A stretch of DNA of 55,309 bases, taken from the IMG/VR virus record IMGVR_UViG_3300044518_000003, positions 1 through 55,309 of that record; one strand, 5' to 3'. The translations under genes and the position numbers were made by a program. The notes beneath the pieces were generated by a model. The model saw only the letters and a program-made list of their open reading frames with translations, was not told where the DNA came from and ran no database searches. Positions 30,001-38,274 of this stretch are shown here, piece after piece; positions within the stretch are counted from its first letter, which is position 1; the number at the start of each line of letters is the position of its first letter. Source of the stretch: a virus. Lineage: Duplodnaviria > Caudoviricetes.

Positions 30001-32050
30001 CCACCTGGTCAACCAGTTCGTCCTTCGCTTCGCCTGCACCCTTCATCAGCGGCGACTGCTCGAGCTGCTTATGCAGGTTGGCGATCTCGCTGATGGCAGC
30101 GTTGAAGGGATGCTCCGGTCCCATGGCGTTCAGAATGTCTGGCCGGCTCAGGACAGTATTGGCGACCTGCTCGATACCGCTCTGCAATACCTGGGCAGTC
30201 GTGAGACGGTCTGCAGCCGGAATCTGGTCATCCTTGACGTAGGCGCCCATGGTCTGCATGGCACGGATCAGGTTCGGGGAATCCTTGATGGCGTTATAGG
30301 CCGACTCAGGCAAACCCCATTGCGTAGCGAGCTGCGGATCGAACCGCAGCATGCCGGACACCTGCTTGCTGTACGCCTTTACTTCGTCCTGGGTTGCTAC
30401 GGGGGCATTCGCCGTCGCTTCATCCAGAGATTGCTGAATGGCCGGACCCTGCTGCTGAACCTGTGCACTCAGGTCATCAGCTGCCTGTGCAACATTCTGG
30501 TCCGATACCGGCGAGGCGGCTTCATTAGCCGCTTGTGCAGCTGCACCCTTCTTTGCAGCCAGATCCAGGACAGGACTAGCCACAGCGCCAGCAACCTTCG
30601 CCGTGCCCTTGAGCACCGGAGCGATGACACCCGGCACAGCAGCGGCACCCTTGGCGATACCGAGAGCGGCCGCTCCCGGACCCTGGAGTGCGCCGGCAGT
30701 CAAGGCGCCGGTCAGTGCACCCGAGCCTGCCGCTGCACCCACATTGTCGAGGAGATCCTGACCCGGATTGGCACCCGATTGCTGAATACCGAGATTGGTT
30801 GCGAGTGCACCCGTACCCGACTGGACGCCGAGGGACGTGGCTTCCTTGGCCATGTTGGCACCGACAGCCGGCAGCGAGGGAGCTGCGAGCGGATCGGACA
30901 TGAACGAACGGGACACCTGGCCCGCCAGCATGGCAGCCGGAGCCTGCACCGCAGCTGAAAAGAGGCCTGCCTTGTTGGCAATGATCTGCTTGGCCTGGTC
31001 CGGATCCATCTTCGGATGGCTGGGGTCATCCCCAACCATCTGAACATAGGTCGGTGAGTTCTGGCGAAGCTGGGCATCGGACATGCCCATCACGTTGTTG
31101 ACGGCATCCTGGTAGTTGCCGCCGCCGAACATCAGGCCGTTGGCCGCAGCGTGGGAGGCGTCTTCAGTCATCGCCGCGGCGTTTTTCGCACCCGTGAGAC
31201 CCTTGCCGAGATAGCCCGCTTCCTCGATCGCACCGACGAGCGGCTTGGCCACTGCGCCCACACCCTTGGCGATCGGACCACCGGAGAGCAGCATCCCGGC
31301 ACCATTGGCCAGGTTGTCGGAGAGTACGGTCGGATCGGACAGGTCTGAACCAACGGCGGTCATGGCATCGTTGCCCAGACGCTTCAAGCCTGCGACGAAC
31401 GCACCATCGGTCTTGGCGTCCTGAACTTCCTGCACTGCATTGTCCTGCAGGCCGAGCTGCTTCGTGGTACTCGCCAGATGCTTGTGCATCGCCAGCGCAT
31501 CGGACTCCAGCGTGTCCTGTGCAATGCTGTTGAACTTGTTCTGGGCCTGTGTGATGCCTACACCGGCTGCCGGACTGATGGCACCAGCACCGAGTGCAGC
31601 AATACTGGCCAGCGAGTTGCCGAAGCCAAGTGCCGCACCCGTCGCCATGTCACCTGCGGCCTGCGTCCAGGAACGGGTAGACGCCTGATCTGCCTGCACA
31701 CCGCCTGCGCCCTGCAGCTGAGACTGGACCATGGCCATGCCCTGCTGCACGCCGTACTTGCTGATCAAGTCCTGGGGCGAAAGGCTGATGATGTCCGCAT
31801 CCCTCTGGGTCGGGACTTGGCTCAAGCCCTTGCCAGTGAAACGGGTCACGGCATCCAGATAGGCCTGCGCCGGCGACGTGGTATTGGCTGCGAGCTCGGC
31901 ACGCTTCTGGTCGGTGACCTGAGCAACTTCGGCCTGCTTGTTGGCGGTGTCCGCTACAACCTGAGACTGGGCCGGCGACAGGAAAGGGTTAGGAGTGCCA
32001 GGCTGGCTGGCATCGAGATAGGAACTGAGGAAGTCTGTCGCGGAAGGCAT
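21071..32050 (-). CDS. Virion-encapsidated RNA polymerase (N4 gp50-like, 3659 aa)
   Basis: SKVGRMQ, motif A YLEADGMTNG, motif B RDVAKNPMTTTLYG, motif C KIFDG; giant size; no Cys seen by eye from the MPSATD start. Confidence 0.97.
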   Translation of the reverse strand: MPSATDFLSSYLDASQPGTPNPFLSPAQSQVVADTANKQAEVAQVTDQKRAELAANTTSPAQAYLDAVTRFTGKGLSQVPTQRDADIISLSPQDLISKYGVQQGMAMVQSQLQGAGGVQADQASTRSWTQAAGDMATGAALGFGNSLASIAALGAGAISPAAGVGITQAQNKFNSIAQDTLESDALAMHKHLASTTKQLGLQDNAVQEVQDAKTDGAFVAGLKRLGNDAMTAVGSDLSDPTVLSDNLANGAGMLLSGGPIAKGVGAVAKPLVGAIEEAGYLGKGLTGAKNAAAMTEDASHAAANGLMFGGGNYQDAVNNVMGMSDAQLRQNSPTYVQMVGDDPSHPKMDPDQAKQIIANKAGLFSAAVQAPAAMLAGQVSRSFMSDPLAAPSLPAVGANMAKEATSLGVQSGTGALATNLGIQQSGANPGQDLLDNVGAAAGSGALTGALTAGALQGPGAAALGIAKGAAAVPGVIAPVLKGTAKVAGAVASPVLDLAAKKGAAAQAANEAASPVSDQNVAQAADDLSAQVQQQGPAIQQSLDEATANAPVATQDEVKAYSKQVSGMLRFDPQLATQWGLPESAYNAIKDSPNLIRAMQTMGAYVKDDQIPAADRLTTAQVLQSGIEQVANTVLSRPDILNAMGPEHPFNAAISEIANLHKQLEQSPLMKGAGEAKDELVDQVADKQGDVTEESAKTPEGQQAAQNVAAMATLAPEKVHPEVADTILKMEAAGQIELTDKQRAALQSVGDVLKAQQAGLKQMAAEGRIAPNADGSKSTGQVAADVALKTQMEGKESALDHAKGVREAYDSGNTDLARQRLDDLGAFARSQQEKVSTLNGLLDEGKTGEKNAVHRIAATPGRGKGFFLTNDETSQPIGITPHSQNSVDLAQRISGEARMLTDLHNHLADAYPDLGAKPIEHTDLHPLLSGSTAKDIADEFKSGVRQVPGTVDEAGNRTELKQADGKSVDEWRPSVRDIVKTRPTDVLKGLVKGLDKQSTNENFDTRQEAFRQEARAELDRRANAETPISAPGSKEAPAKAEAKPVEEVAQPEQKVAEKPAEPMKSDAEVKAEEDKLTQEGKAIDSTPVEKPAAEPAAAAEPEAPVEAKKAMPTASEAAKGEPAGVAKSYPNLAVPKAGNKFLSAFKLPKTRRSNLQGEESPLSKVAESLSTQEAFNAAAGKNSGKRTLDEQARRDYRQVFKGVANMVKALNVSVADFLNSENKAGQSKLDGFKSGEISPQRWRAGKLLNLVEEQPDGSFKLNQGLAESAGLAAMQWVMSSRSRNGNLDERDAAEALGMDVNNMTSALLNHMRSGVARDTAYGDLATKILSYWGLARNGKEDISYTQGIPQAMAAELVEHLEKAGFLKEVSKRFDMDTGEFVKAGEGEGRNVKDVTVLQPAKLEEFGKGIRAFPDAIERVVNTSPELSHYLGDARPDIPRTQMNNPTVENSTEQVHMLENESDTPYKANLHVLGLYDELGTDFFVDAYGPGQFDESKLNKQDLESKKGQRLSITSAFDAIKDLVTQMGAHADDTGVKLGDVEVRFPHNMSKVGRMQQVGAVTPQSSKAMREAILPTDSKLNLGKKRDKQAFMLGIGQAVGVKVHNMPFDLMREKTQALLDGPLKPAVDVLRAHLNGEKMTAQMRADLAASLKSESPSFQQFHALTEYARYLNADKAERKAFQTKMYLEADGMTNGPLMAMMLFTRGNFTASFLRKVAMGGIYVGTEPKGAKDKTLTSTVQRANTDGPIDMYGAVSDDFAANIKRIRDGLGDGEQDKAYGESLDHVLKLMNLMLGDKFVNFNDQSGDPEFGRDVAKNPMTTTLYGAGKAGIASKLLGMLTDKIYQQMSDASVHDRGFGDLFNGDAAKQKIFQDAMQSLTGRVWSIEDGEKVYKDQALPDNKSTTPQDYELNSKEIGALHENIKTLFVEPLRQSIENVIGDSLMESFDLVRQATQAQSIVNAEYYRKAVDAALAKKQASGDYAKGEYLSQDELNQITASLKHLAPVVHAPGQTFSIGSTLKTLLTEGKPGAKKRSPVEFAAALDDNNRVQAKLEQPTNIGVKALASLNIGMGDGKMMQLISTMKNAITGTLKIFDGMNMPLDKIDLGSEQANESVWNTLHGNPLRDVHTSFSDFLKNDPIGGIEEGSQAHSALVRALFGPGEKAGDYPLDAVRSYMGELSQQLDDGAREVTARQQTLDTVNTSTDQMAAASAPHQIQDREAVDGTPEEQATRLSEIYFDKLEKLQEEAPEKPRENISPELAAAGTATPSGARDLSMTALGKLTQQLKLKIPKTQADLINQIQKSLAAAGFRVIYGTREQLLAHNRDLGGAVDATLLTDPKISGFTRIGQDGTGQIWMVSPSSETLTHELVHAATMKTVQAYYAGEHLGANHEIIAGAIQNMEKLQAQFLSLGDQVERGTPRLQRAFANAKAAILGRLNDSTLDTATQKAQGLNEFMAWALSNQQLTRLQQRTEANPLVRLAQQAIDFLKQIVWGKKVAPQDPGNDMFSNLMFNASLVVRSQPTMQDVMHDTTMMQSAAYGHSDDLTQKDQAFDRAVTDWLKEVPSPTVEFARRLSQATDAVDAGAEVALHFATRFPMTLQEQTTFSKVVAALATEARFDPNVMAEAQKIWSTVSKQLTPEMLMDKQAAGTDTSSALWERERGYGQERLNALLGNDYERMDAQKRSTLLPAFLALYMTHEPFQQALDGMKLPALEKSHADNLPDRTIENVTGRIMDSFTRRISGVGQSDDVRASMDALSKHFNGIAQNRESFADTFLDKTGSASDGLNAKLVSVMNDGADAVVKGAEALHDKFGNRFTEALASSTRILAAFVSQDHAGHVSDGFLKFLNQGDNARPFRELARDAIGRTKSNAPLFDMISTIHAWVHRVRQEFRDVVPETIAGKFSEAPSDETWSMMHRAMGRAELASLAQKDALDLMRNPETLKDKTAALEEAIHQIDPANAKLLLKKSDQLADYMMNGKTSSNLLRNATAIASLFNEKAAKPFKGDRGDLVKALDQLVTHYAYGHVAESDRQALSELMAKESDGMQFVLSSLQGQYRDEQSKAMESPMAMFNHYKGFVPTLQDPGSHLVVADDAEHGRLTGMGYSRMADYQGSSAEHGKTGRGYYYLPVSGRAPYEQGLMQNIRQSAGGVDVVNGRTLGMTAGRIVGAKKVAQATEMIRSGYEKGATEHLMPVFNQRGEVVAYERSLDPALAAKVENDTRLHKMLGVWQGRQVEEFQAKQYNNEVVGRLGDMYAEDLKKDPTNQSQYVNLFSAAEQAKDPVLADAMKLITPQVKSLLEEQFGKNQFWVRRELVTDVAGVRKASVGDPWTGVSRWSDETQAQVRQIAMSVFGNKAFVYMTKAEQKWQNLVSDVRGNILIKSLVVPFSNMISDTYQMISRGVPVKSIVTGFPRKTAEVQAFVKSEVRRIEAGVELRAAQGRNDRPAIIKLQAEIQAITDSHKRLSIWPLLEAGQFSSVTGGHATHEDVELTSGKLYSWVDSLVNKLPGAMKTAGRYALLTKDTALYQGIEKALDYSVFLSKAVYYDDLMRRQGMNHEQAMDMLAQTFTNHVRLRGRFRSYMENMGMAWFYNYKIRAAQVAMSTIRQNPFHALVAGLTPAPSLFGTVGSAISDNFMTQAVEGRIGPSIGLGELVGAPIIDPLLHLF

Positions 32051-32098
32051 CTGGGGAATCCCGATCCGATAATAAGTTTGAGGTAGGAGTGTACCTGG

Positions 32099-32138
32099 AA
32101 AACAGCAAACTCCACCCCCATCAGGAGGCGGAGTTTGC
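32099..32138 (-). terminator. Rho-independent terminator
   Basis: Minus strand GCAAACTCCGCCTCC-tgat-GGGGGTGGAGTTTGC followed by TGTTTT. Confidence 0.7.
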
Positions 32139-32150
32139 ACAGACCATCTC

Positions 32151-34352
32151 TTACTGGTACTTCAGGCCTTCGAGTGCAGCTGCCAGTGCTGCAGCCTGCG
32201 CCTGACCATCCGGTGTCTGGGCTGCGGCGTCTACCTGGGTCTTGGCATCGAGAGCTGCCTTGACCTTCGCCCGCATGTCCGACTGACCCAGAGGAACAGC
32301 GGTCGGCGGCGTGCCTGGAGGACTACCAGCCGGAGGCGTGTTGATGTATGCCTGGGCCGAGTTGACCTGGGCCTTGGCCACATTCATGTCGTTCAGGGCG
32401 CGGTTGAGCGCATCATCATCGATCGTGACACCGCGTGCCTTCAGGTTCGCCAGCGTTGCGTACCGGCTATAGGCCTGCTGGTAGAGCTGCGTGGCCGAGT
32501 TCAGCATGTTGGACTTCTGTGCGAGATCCGTCTGGGCACCTGCTGCACCAGCCGGCAAACCCTGCAGGGCATTCTTGATACCCTCCTGGAGGCCAGTGTC
32601 GTTGACCGACTGACCACCGACCAGCGTATTACCACCCCACCCCCGGATGGCATTACCCAGCCCGGACAGAAGACCGGAAGCACCAGGATTAAGGTGGTTG
32701 CCGATCAGCAGTGCAAGCTGCGCCAGATTCAGGTTGTTGCCTGTCGGGTTGAAGTCCTTGTCACGGGCCAGACTTGCATACTGGGTTTGCGCCGACTCCA
32801 GCATCTTCTGGACGGAGTTCTGGTCCGACTTGTAGTAGACAGACTTCGGATCCGCAATGAGCTTCTGTGCCATCGCCGTGGGCGATGTGGTGGGATCATC
32901 TGTTGCCGTTTTCCAGGCCGCCGGATCAATATTCAGTGCTGTGATGTTCTGTTGATTCCGGGTCTGGATCCCTGCCTGCGTCACCGTGTTGGCGATGTTC
33001 GCGTTGTTCAGCTGATCCAGTAGGGATTGGCCGGGCGTGCTCGACTCCGCCGCAGCGATACGCTGGCGCATCTGATCCCACGGCACATCCTTGTAGGCAC
33101 CCGGCGTCGAATCCGGCAGCGTCGGCCAGATCGCATGGAGGTTGCCATTCTTGCTTGCATTGAAGGCCGCCTCGGCAATCTTGTCCTGCTGCTGTGGGCC
33201 GAGATTCTGGTTCTTCCAGTCATCACCTAGCACCTTGGGTGCGTAGTTCTCGATCGTCTGATCGGTCAGCTGGTACGCCCCCACCGCCGAAGTGCCCAGG
33301 GGCTTGCCATCGGAACCCTTGAGGACATTGCCCTGTGCATCCTTCAGCTGGCCCTGCGTAGCCGGAATCAGGCTGTTCTTCTGCCAGTCGAGCACCGAGC
33401 TGATCGGCATCGTCGAGATCGGGGCGGGCGGCTTCGCATACTTGCCGTTCCCGTAGGTCGTGTCGAAACCCGACGCACCATCCGCCGAAGCCGCACCTGC
33501 AGGACCAGATCCACCCGCAGCGCCAGCGATCGCACCTGCCGCACCGCTGGGCGCAGTGAGCGGGATCGGGCCGCCCATACCGAGCGCACCTGCATTGGCC
33601 GGGTTGGTCGGATCCACATAACCCGCCTGCGTGAGCTTGGCACGCGTCGCCAGATAGACAGGCGCCGGCAGGTTCATGGCCTGCAAGCGCTGCTGCGCAC
33701 CGAGCGCATCGGTCGGCGTCTGCAGGATCTGGGCAAGCGCCGCCTGAGACTGCTGATCGTACTGGTCGTTACGGGCCGACTGGAGCAGCTGCAGGCCAGC
33801 GGTCCCGTTGGAGGTCGCCTTCGACTGGATCCCGAACTGCTGGTCCGGCGTGAGCTTGGAGAGTGCCGAAGCAAAGTCCGGATTAGCGTAGACCGCAGCC
33901 TGCTTGGCCGGATCGGAACCCGCAGCCGTGAGTGCTGCTACAGCCGGTTCAGCCGCAATCAGGTTGTCGTTCTGCGTCTTTTGCAGGCCGAAGTTGTAGT
34001 TGGCCTCATCCAGCTTCTGCTGGTTCGACGCATCGTTGATGAGCGTGCCGACCCGGGAATCCTGTGCGCCGATGGCACTGGCGCTCACCTTCGAGGGATC
34101 GACGCCCTGCAGGGAACCAAGGAGAGAACCGTTTGCCAATGCCGCCTTCAGGGAATCGGAGTCCTGATACTGGGACGCCGCCTGGGCGAAAGCGTTATTG
34201 GCAAGCGTGGTCTGTGCCTGGTTGTAGTTGCCCAGTGCATCGGAGATTCCACCCGAAGCATTCGAGAGCAGCCTGGCGGCCATGCCCAGGCCTTCCAGGG
34301 CAGTCCCGCCGCCCTGGGGTGCATCCACATTACGCCATGTCAAAACTGCCAT
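32151..34352 (-). CDS. Internal virion/ejection protein with lysozyme-like domain (N4 gp51-like)
   Basis: MAVLTWRNV start; FDTTYG, SAVGAYQ, QQDKIA and IWPTLP lambda-lysozyme-like motifs; synteny. Confidence 0.85.
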   Translation of the reverse strand: MAVLTWRNVDAPQGGGTALEGLGMAARLLSNASGGISDALGNYNQAQTTLANNAFAQAASQYQDSDSLKAALANGSLLGSLQGVDPSKVSASAIGAQDSRVGTLINDASNQQKLDEANYNFGLQKTQNDNLIAAEPAVAALTAAGSDPAKQAAVYANPDFASALSKLTPDQQFGIQSKATSNGTAGLQLLQSARNDQYDQQSQAALAQILQTPTDALGAQQRLQAMNLPAPVYLATRAKLTQAGYVDPTNPANAGALGMGGPIPLTAPSGAAGAIAGAAGGSGPAGAASADGASGFDTTYGNGKYAKPPAPISTMPISSVLDWQKNSLIPATQGQLKDAQGNVLKGSDGKPLGTSAVGAYQLTDQTIENYAPKVLGDDWKNQNLGPQQQDKIAEAAFNASKNGNLHAIWPTLPDSTPGAYKDVPWDQMRQRIAAAESSTPGQSLLDQLNNANIANTVTQAGIQTRNQQNITALNIDPAAWKTATDDPTTSPTAMAQKLIADPKSVYYKSDQNSVQKMLESAQTQYASLARDKDFNPTGNNLNLAQLALLIGNHLNPGASGLLSGLGNAIRGWGGNTLVGGQSVNDTGLQEGIKNALQGLPAGAAGAQTDLAQKSNMLNSATQLYQQAYSRYATLANLKARGVTIDDDALNRALNDMNVAKAQVNSAQAYINTPPAGSPPGTPPTAVPLGQSDMRAKVKAALDAKTQVDAAAQTPDGQAQAAALAAALEGLKYQ

Positions 34353-34362
34353 GGGTCACCTC

Positions 34363-34782
34363 TTAGGTCGAGAGCTTGTTGGCAGCGATGTACGCATCAC
34401 GCTGCGCATCGGTCTGGCCTTCAGTCACAGCACGGGCCGTGGCCTTGTCGGTCAATGCCGTGTTGTACGACTGCACGGAGTTGGCCAGATTCGTGTTCGC
34501 CAGGTTCTTCTGGAAGTTGAACTGGTCCTTGGCCAGACCCAAGGCCTGAATACCCGAGTAGAGGTTCGCGAGCGATGACAGACCCTGGAAGCCGAGCTGC
34601 AGCGTCGGGATGTTCATGCCCAGACCCGTCGAGGAATCCAAACCCGAGGTCACGCCAGCACCCGATGTGGGCGAAGTAAAGCCATAGGTATTCAGGGAGC
34701 TGTAGCCCGGGTAGCTGGTGTTACCAGAGCCAAGGCTGAATGGCGAGGATGCAGAACCACTGAAGAGGTTGGAAAAGTCCAT
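34363..34782 (-). CDS. Small virion/ejection protein (N4 gp52-like)
   Basis: LAKDQFNFQK...NSVQSYNTALTD pattern; synteny. Confidence 0.85.
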   Translation of the reverse strand: MDFSNLFSGSASSPFSLGSGNTSYPGYSSLNTYGFTSPTSGAGVTSGLDSSTGLGMNIPTLQLGFQGLSSLANLYSGIQALGLAKDQFNFQKNLANTNLANSVQSYNTALTDKATARAVTEGQTDAQRDAYIAANKLST

Positions 34783-34794
34783 GCGAATTCCTGA

Positions 34795-37347
34795 TTAGGT
34801 AGCGAGATTCTGAGAAACGTCCAGAGTCAATGACGCGTATTGCTCGATGATTGAGGAGTTCAACTCCGCCACATCGCTACCGGTCATCAGTGTTCTGTTC
34901 AAGAAGGTGTCAGCTGGCTCGTAGGTATGCAGTCCTGTAGTAGTCCCAGGTGCATCCGTGAGCTGCGTCACATCGAAATACGCGAGATTGTTGCCAATGA
35001 CGTCCCCGTACTGATCGGACACCGACTTCATCTGCGTATTGTACTGAGCAAGCATGTCCTGCGTCTGCTTTAGATAGTCCTGTGCCTCATAGCCCATGTA
35101 CTGACTGATGCCATTCGTGACCGCCGCAGTCAGCTGCAGATAGGTCGTTGGGCTCGTGAGCTGCGACAAGGCCGTAGTCCAGTCGCCACCGCTTGCATAC
35201 GCCGAGCCAATGACCATGATCACGACCGTTGCAATCGCGCTGAAGATGGCCCCCACCTTCTGCCCGAAGATCGCGGTGCCGACCAGTCCCAGGATCTTGG
35301 AGAGGATCATCGACGCGATCATGGAGATGGCAATGCCGGCAATGACGGCAGCCACACCGGATAAGCCAATGGCCTCACCGATCCCCCCATAGAGCGCCAC
35401 CGAAGGACCGGTGCCGGTGCCCCAGCTCACGATCGAGATAATGATGATGATGATGATCACGATGATCTGGAACAGACCCGTCTGATACCACTTCTTCTTC
35501 ACCACCTGGTAGCAGTTGAAGACGCAGTACATACTGGCCGTGGCCATCTGGGTGGCATCGATGAGCGAGGTATCCTGGTAGAGCTGCTCATGCAACGGAA
35601 TGATGAAGCCCGACTCCTCCGTGTCGTTGATCGCATCGGTAATGGCAATGTCCACCGACTTGCCGTTGTAGATGAGGTTTCGGTGCACCATGCCGTAGAT
35701 GTTCAGCGCCTTCCAGTTGTCGCTGTCCACCTGCCAGTAGAGCGTGACATGAGTCACCTGGAAGCTGTCGGTGATGCTCGAGGTGTCATCACCCAGACGC
35801 GTGCGGATAGTCTGGGAGAACGTATCGGCCCCATTGATCACCCACCAGATATCACCGACCGCATGGCTCGAATCGACCATGCCGGCCCCAATGGTCTGCT
35901 CGACACCGTTCCACGACATAATCATGTCGAAGTTGAGGTTCGAGTTGCTCGAGGTCTTGATCTCGATGGACTGGGTAGGCAGTGCTGGGTAGGACACCAG
36001 GCTCGGTGCCGTACCGATTCCGCCCCCATCCTCCCATGCAGCGTAGGCCGTCTGGCTCGCATCGGCCACCGCCCATGCCGCCTGAAAATTCTTGTAGGCG
36101 TGGTGGGTGAACGACTGTGAGTTCATGATGGCCTCGAAGAACGACCACATGTAACGCTTGGCCGTGATCTCGGCCACGTTCACCGATACGCCAAACACCA
36201 CGTAGGCGTAGTCGATATCACCGATCGACGAGTTGGCGTTGATCTTGGAAATCAGGTCATCGAACCGCTTGCCAGTGGCCTTGTAGTAGCCCTTTTTCGC
36301 CATGGCATACACGTCCGGCTTGTACGTGTCGGACACCATCTGGTTGTCGATACGCACCGGGATGTAGGGGAAGAACGAACCCATATCCGAGGGCGTATTG
36401 AACATCGCATCGAGCGTGGCATTGCCCGAACCCTGAGCGTAGATGAACACCTGCAGGCCGCTGGCCGTCATGTTCGTCATGTCGTAGGTGTCGATCGTGT
36501 AATACCGTTCGATCACCGGATTCCCATCAGGCGCCGTCATGTTCTGCACCTGGGTCATGACGAGCTTGGTCGAATGGGTGCGATTCTTGTTGTTCGGATC
36601 GACACCCAGATAAGTCGTCTTGTGGACCACTGTCTTGGTGTCGATACCCTGCACAACCGGAGTCCACTGGGTAAGGGAGACAGGTGTGTAGGTGCTGGAG
36701 TCAAACGTCCAGCCGTCTGTGGACGGAAAAGCCGTGGTCGAGTCGAGGTCAGTGCGGACACTGCTCACCACAGGACCATCATCCACACCCGTGTCCAGGG
36801 TGTAGGCGGCAAAGATGAACTTAGAGTCCTGAGCAAACCCAGCAGGGGTAAAGGTGTCCTGGCTACCATCGGCCCAGGTGATTACACCCTGGCTGTTCAG
36901 GTAGTCGCAGTGCCAACCTGTATTGATCTGGGTCGGCTTGTTCTCCAGGATCCACTGCTCGGCCCACCATGAGATATCGGCATAGCCCAGGGCGCTCGAC
37001 TCGATGCTGATCGAGTAACCGTCCGGCGCACCCAGGATCGACTGGATCTGGGCAGCCAGCGTATCCGTGTTCAGTGAGTTGCCAGTCACCAGCGAGCCAG
37101 AGGTGAAACCGACCGTGCTGTTGTAGCCGGAGCTGCCGGCAGCCCACTTATAGAACGAGCGAAGCGCTCGACCGGGACCATTCGCATAGGCCGACGAGAT
37201 GGCATCTCCGAGCGACGAGCTGCTATCACCCACGATGGCACCCTCCACCACCGACTTCAGGTAGTTCGGACGCTTGTTAACGTCCCCGGCCAGGTTGTAG
37301 ATGGACGAGGACACCACCGTTGTAGACCCACCGCCGAAGAATCCCAT
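34795..37347 (-). CDS. Virion structural protein with C-terminal hydrophobic helices (N4 gp53-like)
   Basis: MGFFGG...VSSSIYNLAGD; KKKWYQTG followed by an Ile-rich TM segment; synteny. Confidence 0.85.
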   Translation of the reverse strand: MGFFGGGSTTVVSSSIYNLAGDVNKRPNYLKSVVEGAIVGDSSSSLGDAISSAYANGPGRALRSFYKWAAGSSGYNSTVGFTSGSLVTGNSLNTDTLAAQIQSILGAPDGYSISIESSALGYADISWWAEQWILENKPTQINTGWHCDYLNSQGVITWADGSQDTFTPAGFAQDSKFIFAAYTLDTGVDDGPVVSSVRTDLDSTTAFPSTDGWTFDSSTYTPVSLTQWTPVVQGIDTKTVVHKTTYLGVDPNNKNRTHSTKLVMTQVQNMTAPDGNPVIERYYTIDTYDMTNMTASGLQVFIYAQGSGNATLDAMFNTPSDMGSFFPYIPVRIDNQMVSDTYKPDVYAMAKKGYYKATGKRFDDLISKINANSSIGDIDYAYVVFGVSVNVAEITAKRYMWSFFEAIMNSQSFTHHAYKNFQAAWAVADASQTAYAAWEDGGGIGTAPSLVSYPALPTQSIEIKTSSNSNLNFDMIMSWNGVEQTIGAGMVDSSHAVGDIWWVINGADTFSQTIRTRLGDDTSSITDSFQVTHVTLYWQVDSDNWKALNIYGMVHRNLIYNGKSVDIAITDAINDTEESGFIIPLHEQLYQDTSLIDATQMATASMYCVFNCYQVVKKKWYQTGLFQIIVIIIIIIISIVSWGTGTGPSVALYGGIGEAIGLSGVAAVIAGIAISMIASMILSKILGLVGTAIFGQKVGAIFSAIATVVIMVIGSAYASGGDWTTALSQLTSPTTYLQLTAAVTNGISQYMGYEAQDYLKQTQDMLAQYNTQMKSVSDQYGDVIGNNLAYFDVTQLTDAPGTTTGLHTYEPADTFLNRTLMTGSDVAELNSSIIEQYASLTLDVSQNLAT

Positions 37348-37350
37348 GGC

Positions 37351-38220
37351 TTAACCCGTCAGGCCGTTGTTGGTCTGGATCGCCGTGAGCACCGTATTGA
37401 TCACGTCATTGGTGAAGGCGTTGGGCGCCGTCAGGCCATCGTCAATGTTCTTCTGCGTGATCCACGCATCACTGAAGAGCTTGGCCGCCTTCTGCTCGGC
37501 ATCCCGCTTGTAACTCGTGATCTGCTGGGCGTAGAGCGCCTTTTGCTGACCGAGCACACCCACCACCGTCGCACCATCGGTGCGGGTATCGAGCGTCTGT
37601 GCACGCTGCACCTGGCCCTGCTCCTGCACGAGGAGCAACTGCGCCTCGGCAATCGAGAGCTGCACCGGCATGAGGTTGTCCACATTGAACTTGAGCTGAC
37701 CGTACTGTGCATCTTCCGTACCGATCTTGGCCTTCACCAGCGCCAGGTTGGCCTTGGCCGTCTCCGCCTCGATGCGCACAGTCACCGCCTGGAGCTTGGA
37801 CGTCTCCAACGTCACACGCGCCTGGATCGCTGCGATCTGGGCATTGACCGCTTGCCAGTAGGCCTGGTCCCGACCCAGAAGGAACTGGGTGGCATTCTGC
37901 ATGGCAGCCTGCACCAGTGCCACGTAGGCCTTGGTGTACTCGGCACCCGTGATCCGGCCAGCGCTGTATTCGCCCTTGAGCTGCGCCATAACGCCTGACA
38001 TCAGCACGTCGAACGAACCGGTGCCGCCCACTGCACCTGAGGTGTAGTCGGCATTCGTGAGGGCATTGATCTGCTGATACGCCGCCGAGGTGGTGTCGGA
38101 CGGAACGTTGAAGACGTTCTCGGTCAGGTCAACCGCATCGATGGCAATAGGCGTGGCCGAGAGCAGCAGGCTGTAGGCCAGGTTGGCATCGACGTCAATG
38201 CCGTAGGTTCCACTGGACAT
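37351..38220 (-). CDS. Virion structural protein (N4 gp54-like)
   Basis: GTGSFDVLM...GRITGAEYTKAY; QQKALY.QQITSYKRDAE. Confidence 0.85.
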   Translation of the reverse strand: MSSGTYGIDVDANLAYSLLLSATPIAIDAVDLTENVFNVPSDTTSAAYQQINALTNADYTSGAVGGTGSFDVLMSGVMAQLKGEYSAGRITGAEYTKAYVALVQAAMQNATQFLLGRDQAYWQAVNAQIAAIQARVTLETSKLQAVTVRIEAETAKANLALVKAKIGTEDAQYGQLKFNVDNLMPVQLSIAEAQLLLVQEQGQVQRAQTLDTRTDGATVVGVLGQQKALYAQQITSYKRDAEQKAAKLFSDAWITQKNIDDGLTAPNAFTNDVINTVLTAIQTNNGLTG

Positions 38221-38237
38221 GTTCTTTTCCCTGGATC

Positions 38238-38274
38238 AAAGAAAAAGGCCCGCCCGTTATCCGGGTACGGGCCT
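38238..38274 (-). terminator. Rho-independent terminator
   Basis: Minus strand AGGCCCG-ta-CCCG-gataa-CGGG-CGGGCCT followed by TTTTCTTT. Confidence 0.7.

Noticed and set aside
21080-30958. Very long + strand ORFs (1855 aa and 1417 aa) antisense to vRNAP
   Set aside because: They are the codon-aligned antisense frame; avoidance of TTA/CTA/TCA codons in a GC-biased gene removes antisense stops. Translations show no motifs and the same shadowing occurs on most genes here.
32051-32140. 30-aa N-terminal extension of vRNAP in the ORF track
   Set aside because: Non-ATG start running through a terminator hairpin and adding the only Cys residues; the ATG at 32050 is preferred
35438-35466. (ATG)n microsatellite-like run
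   Set aside because: Encodes the poly-Ile transmembrane helix of the gp53-like protein; in frame, no sign of phase variation
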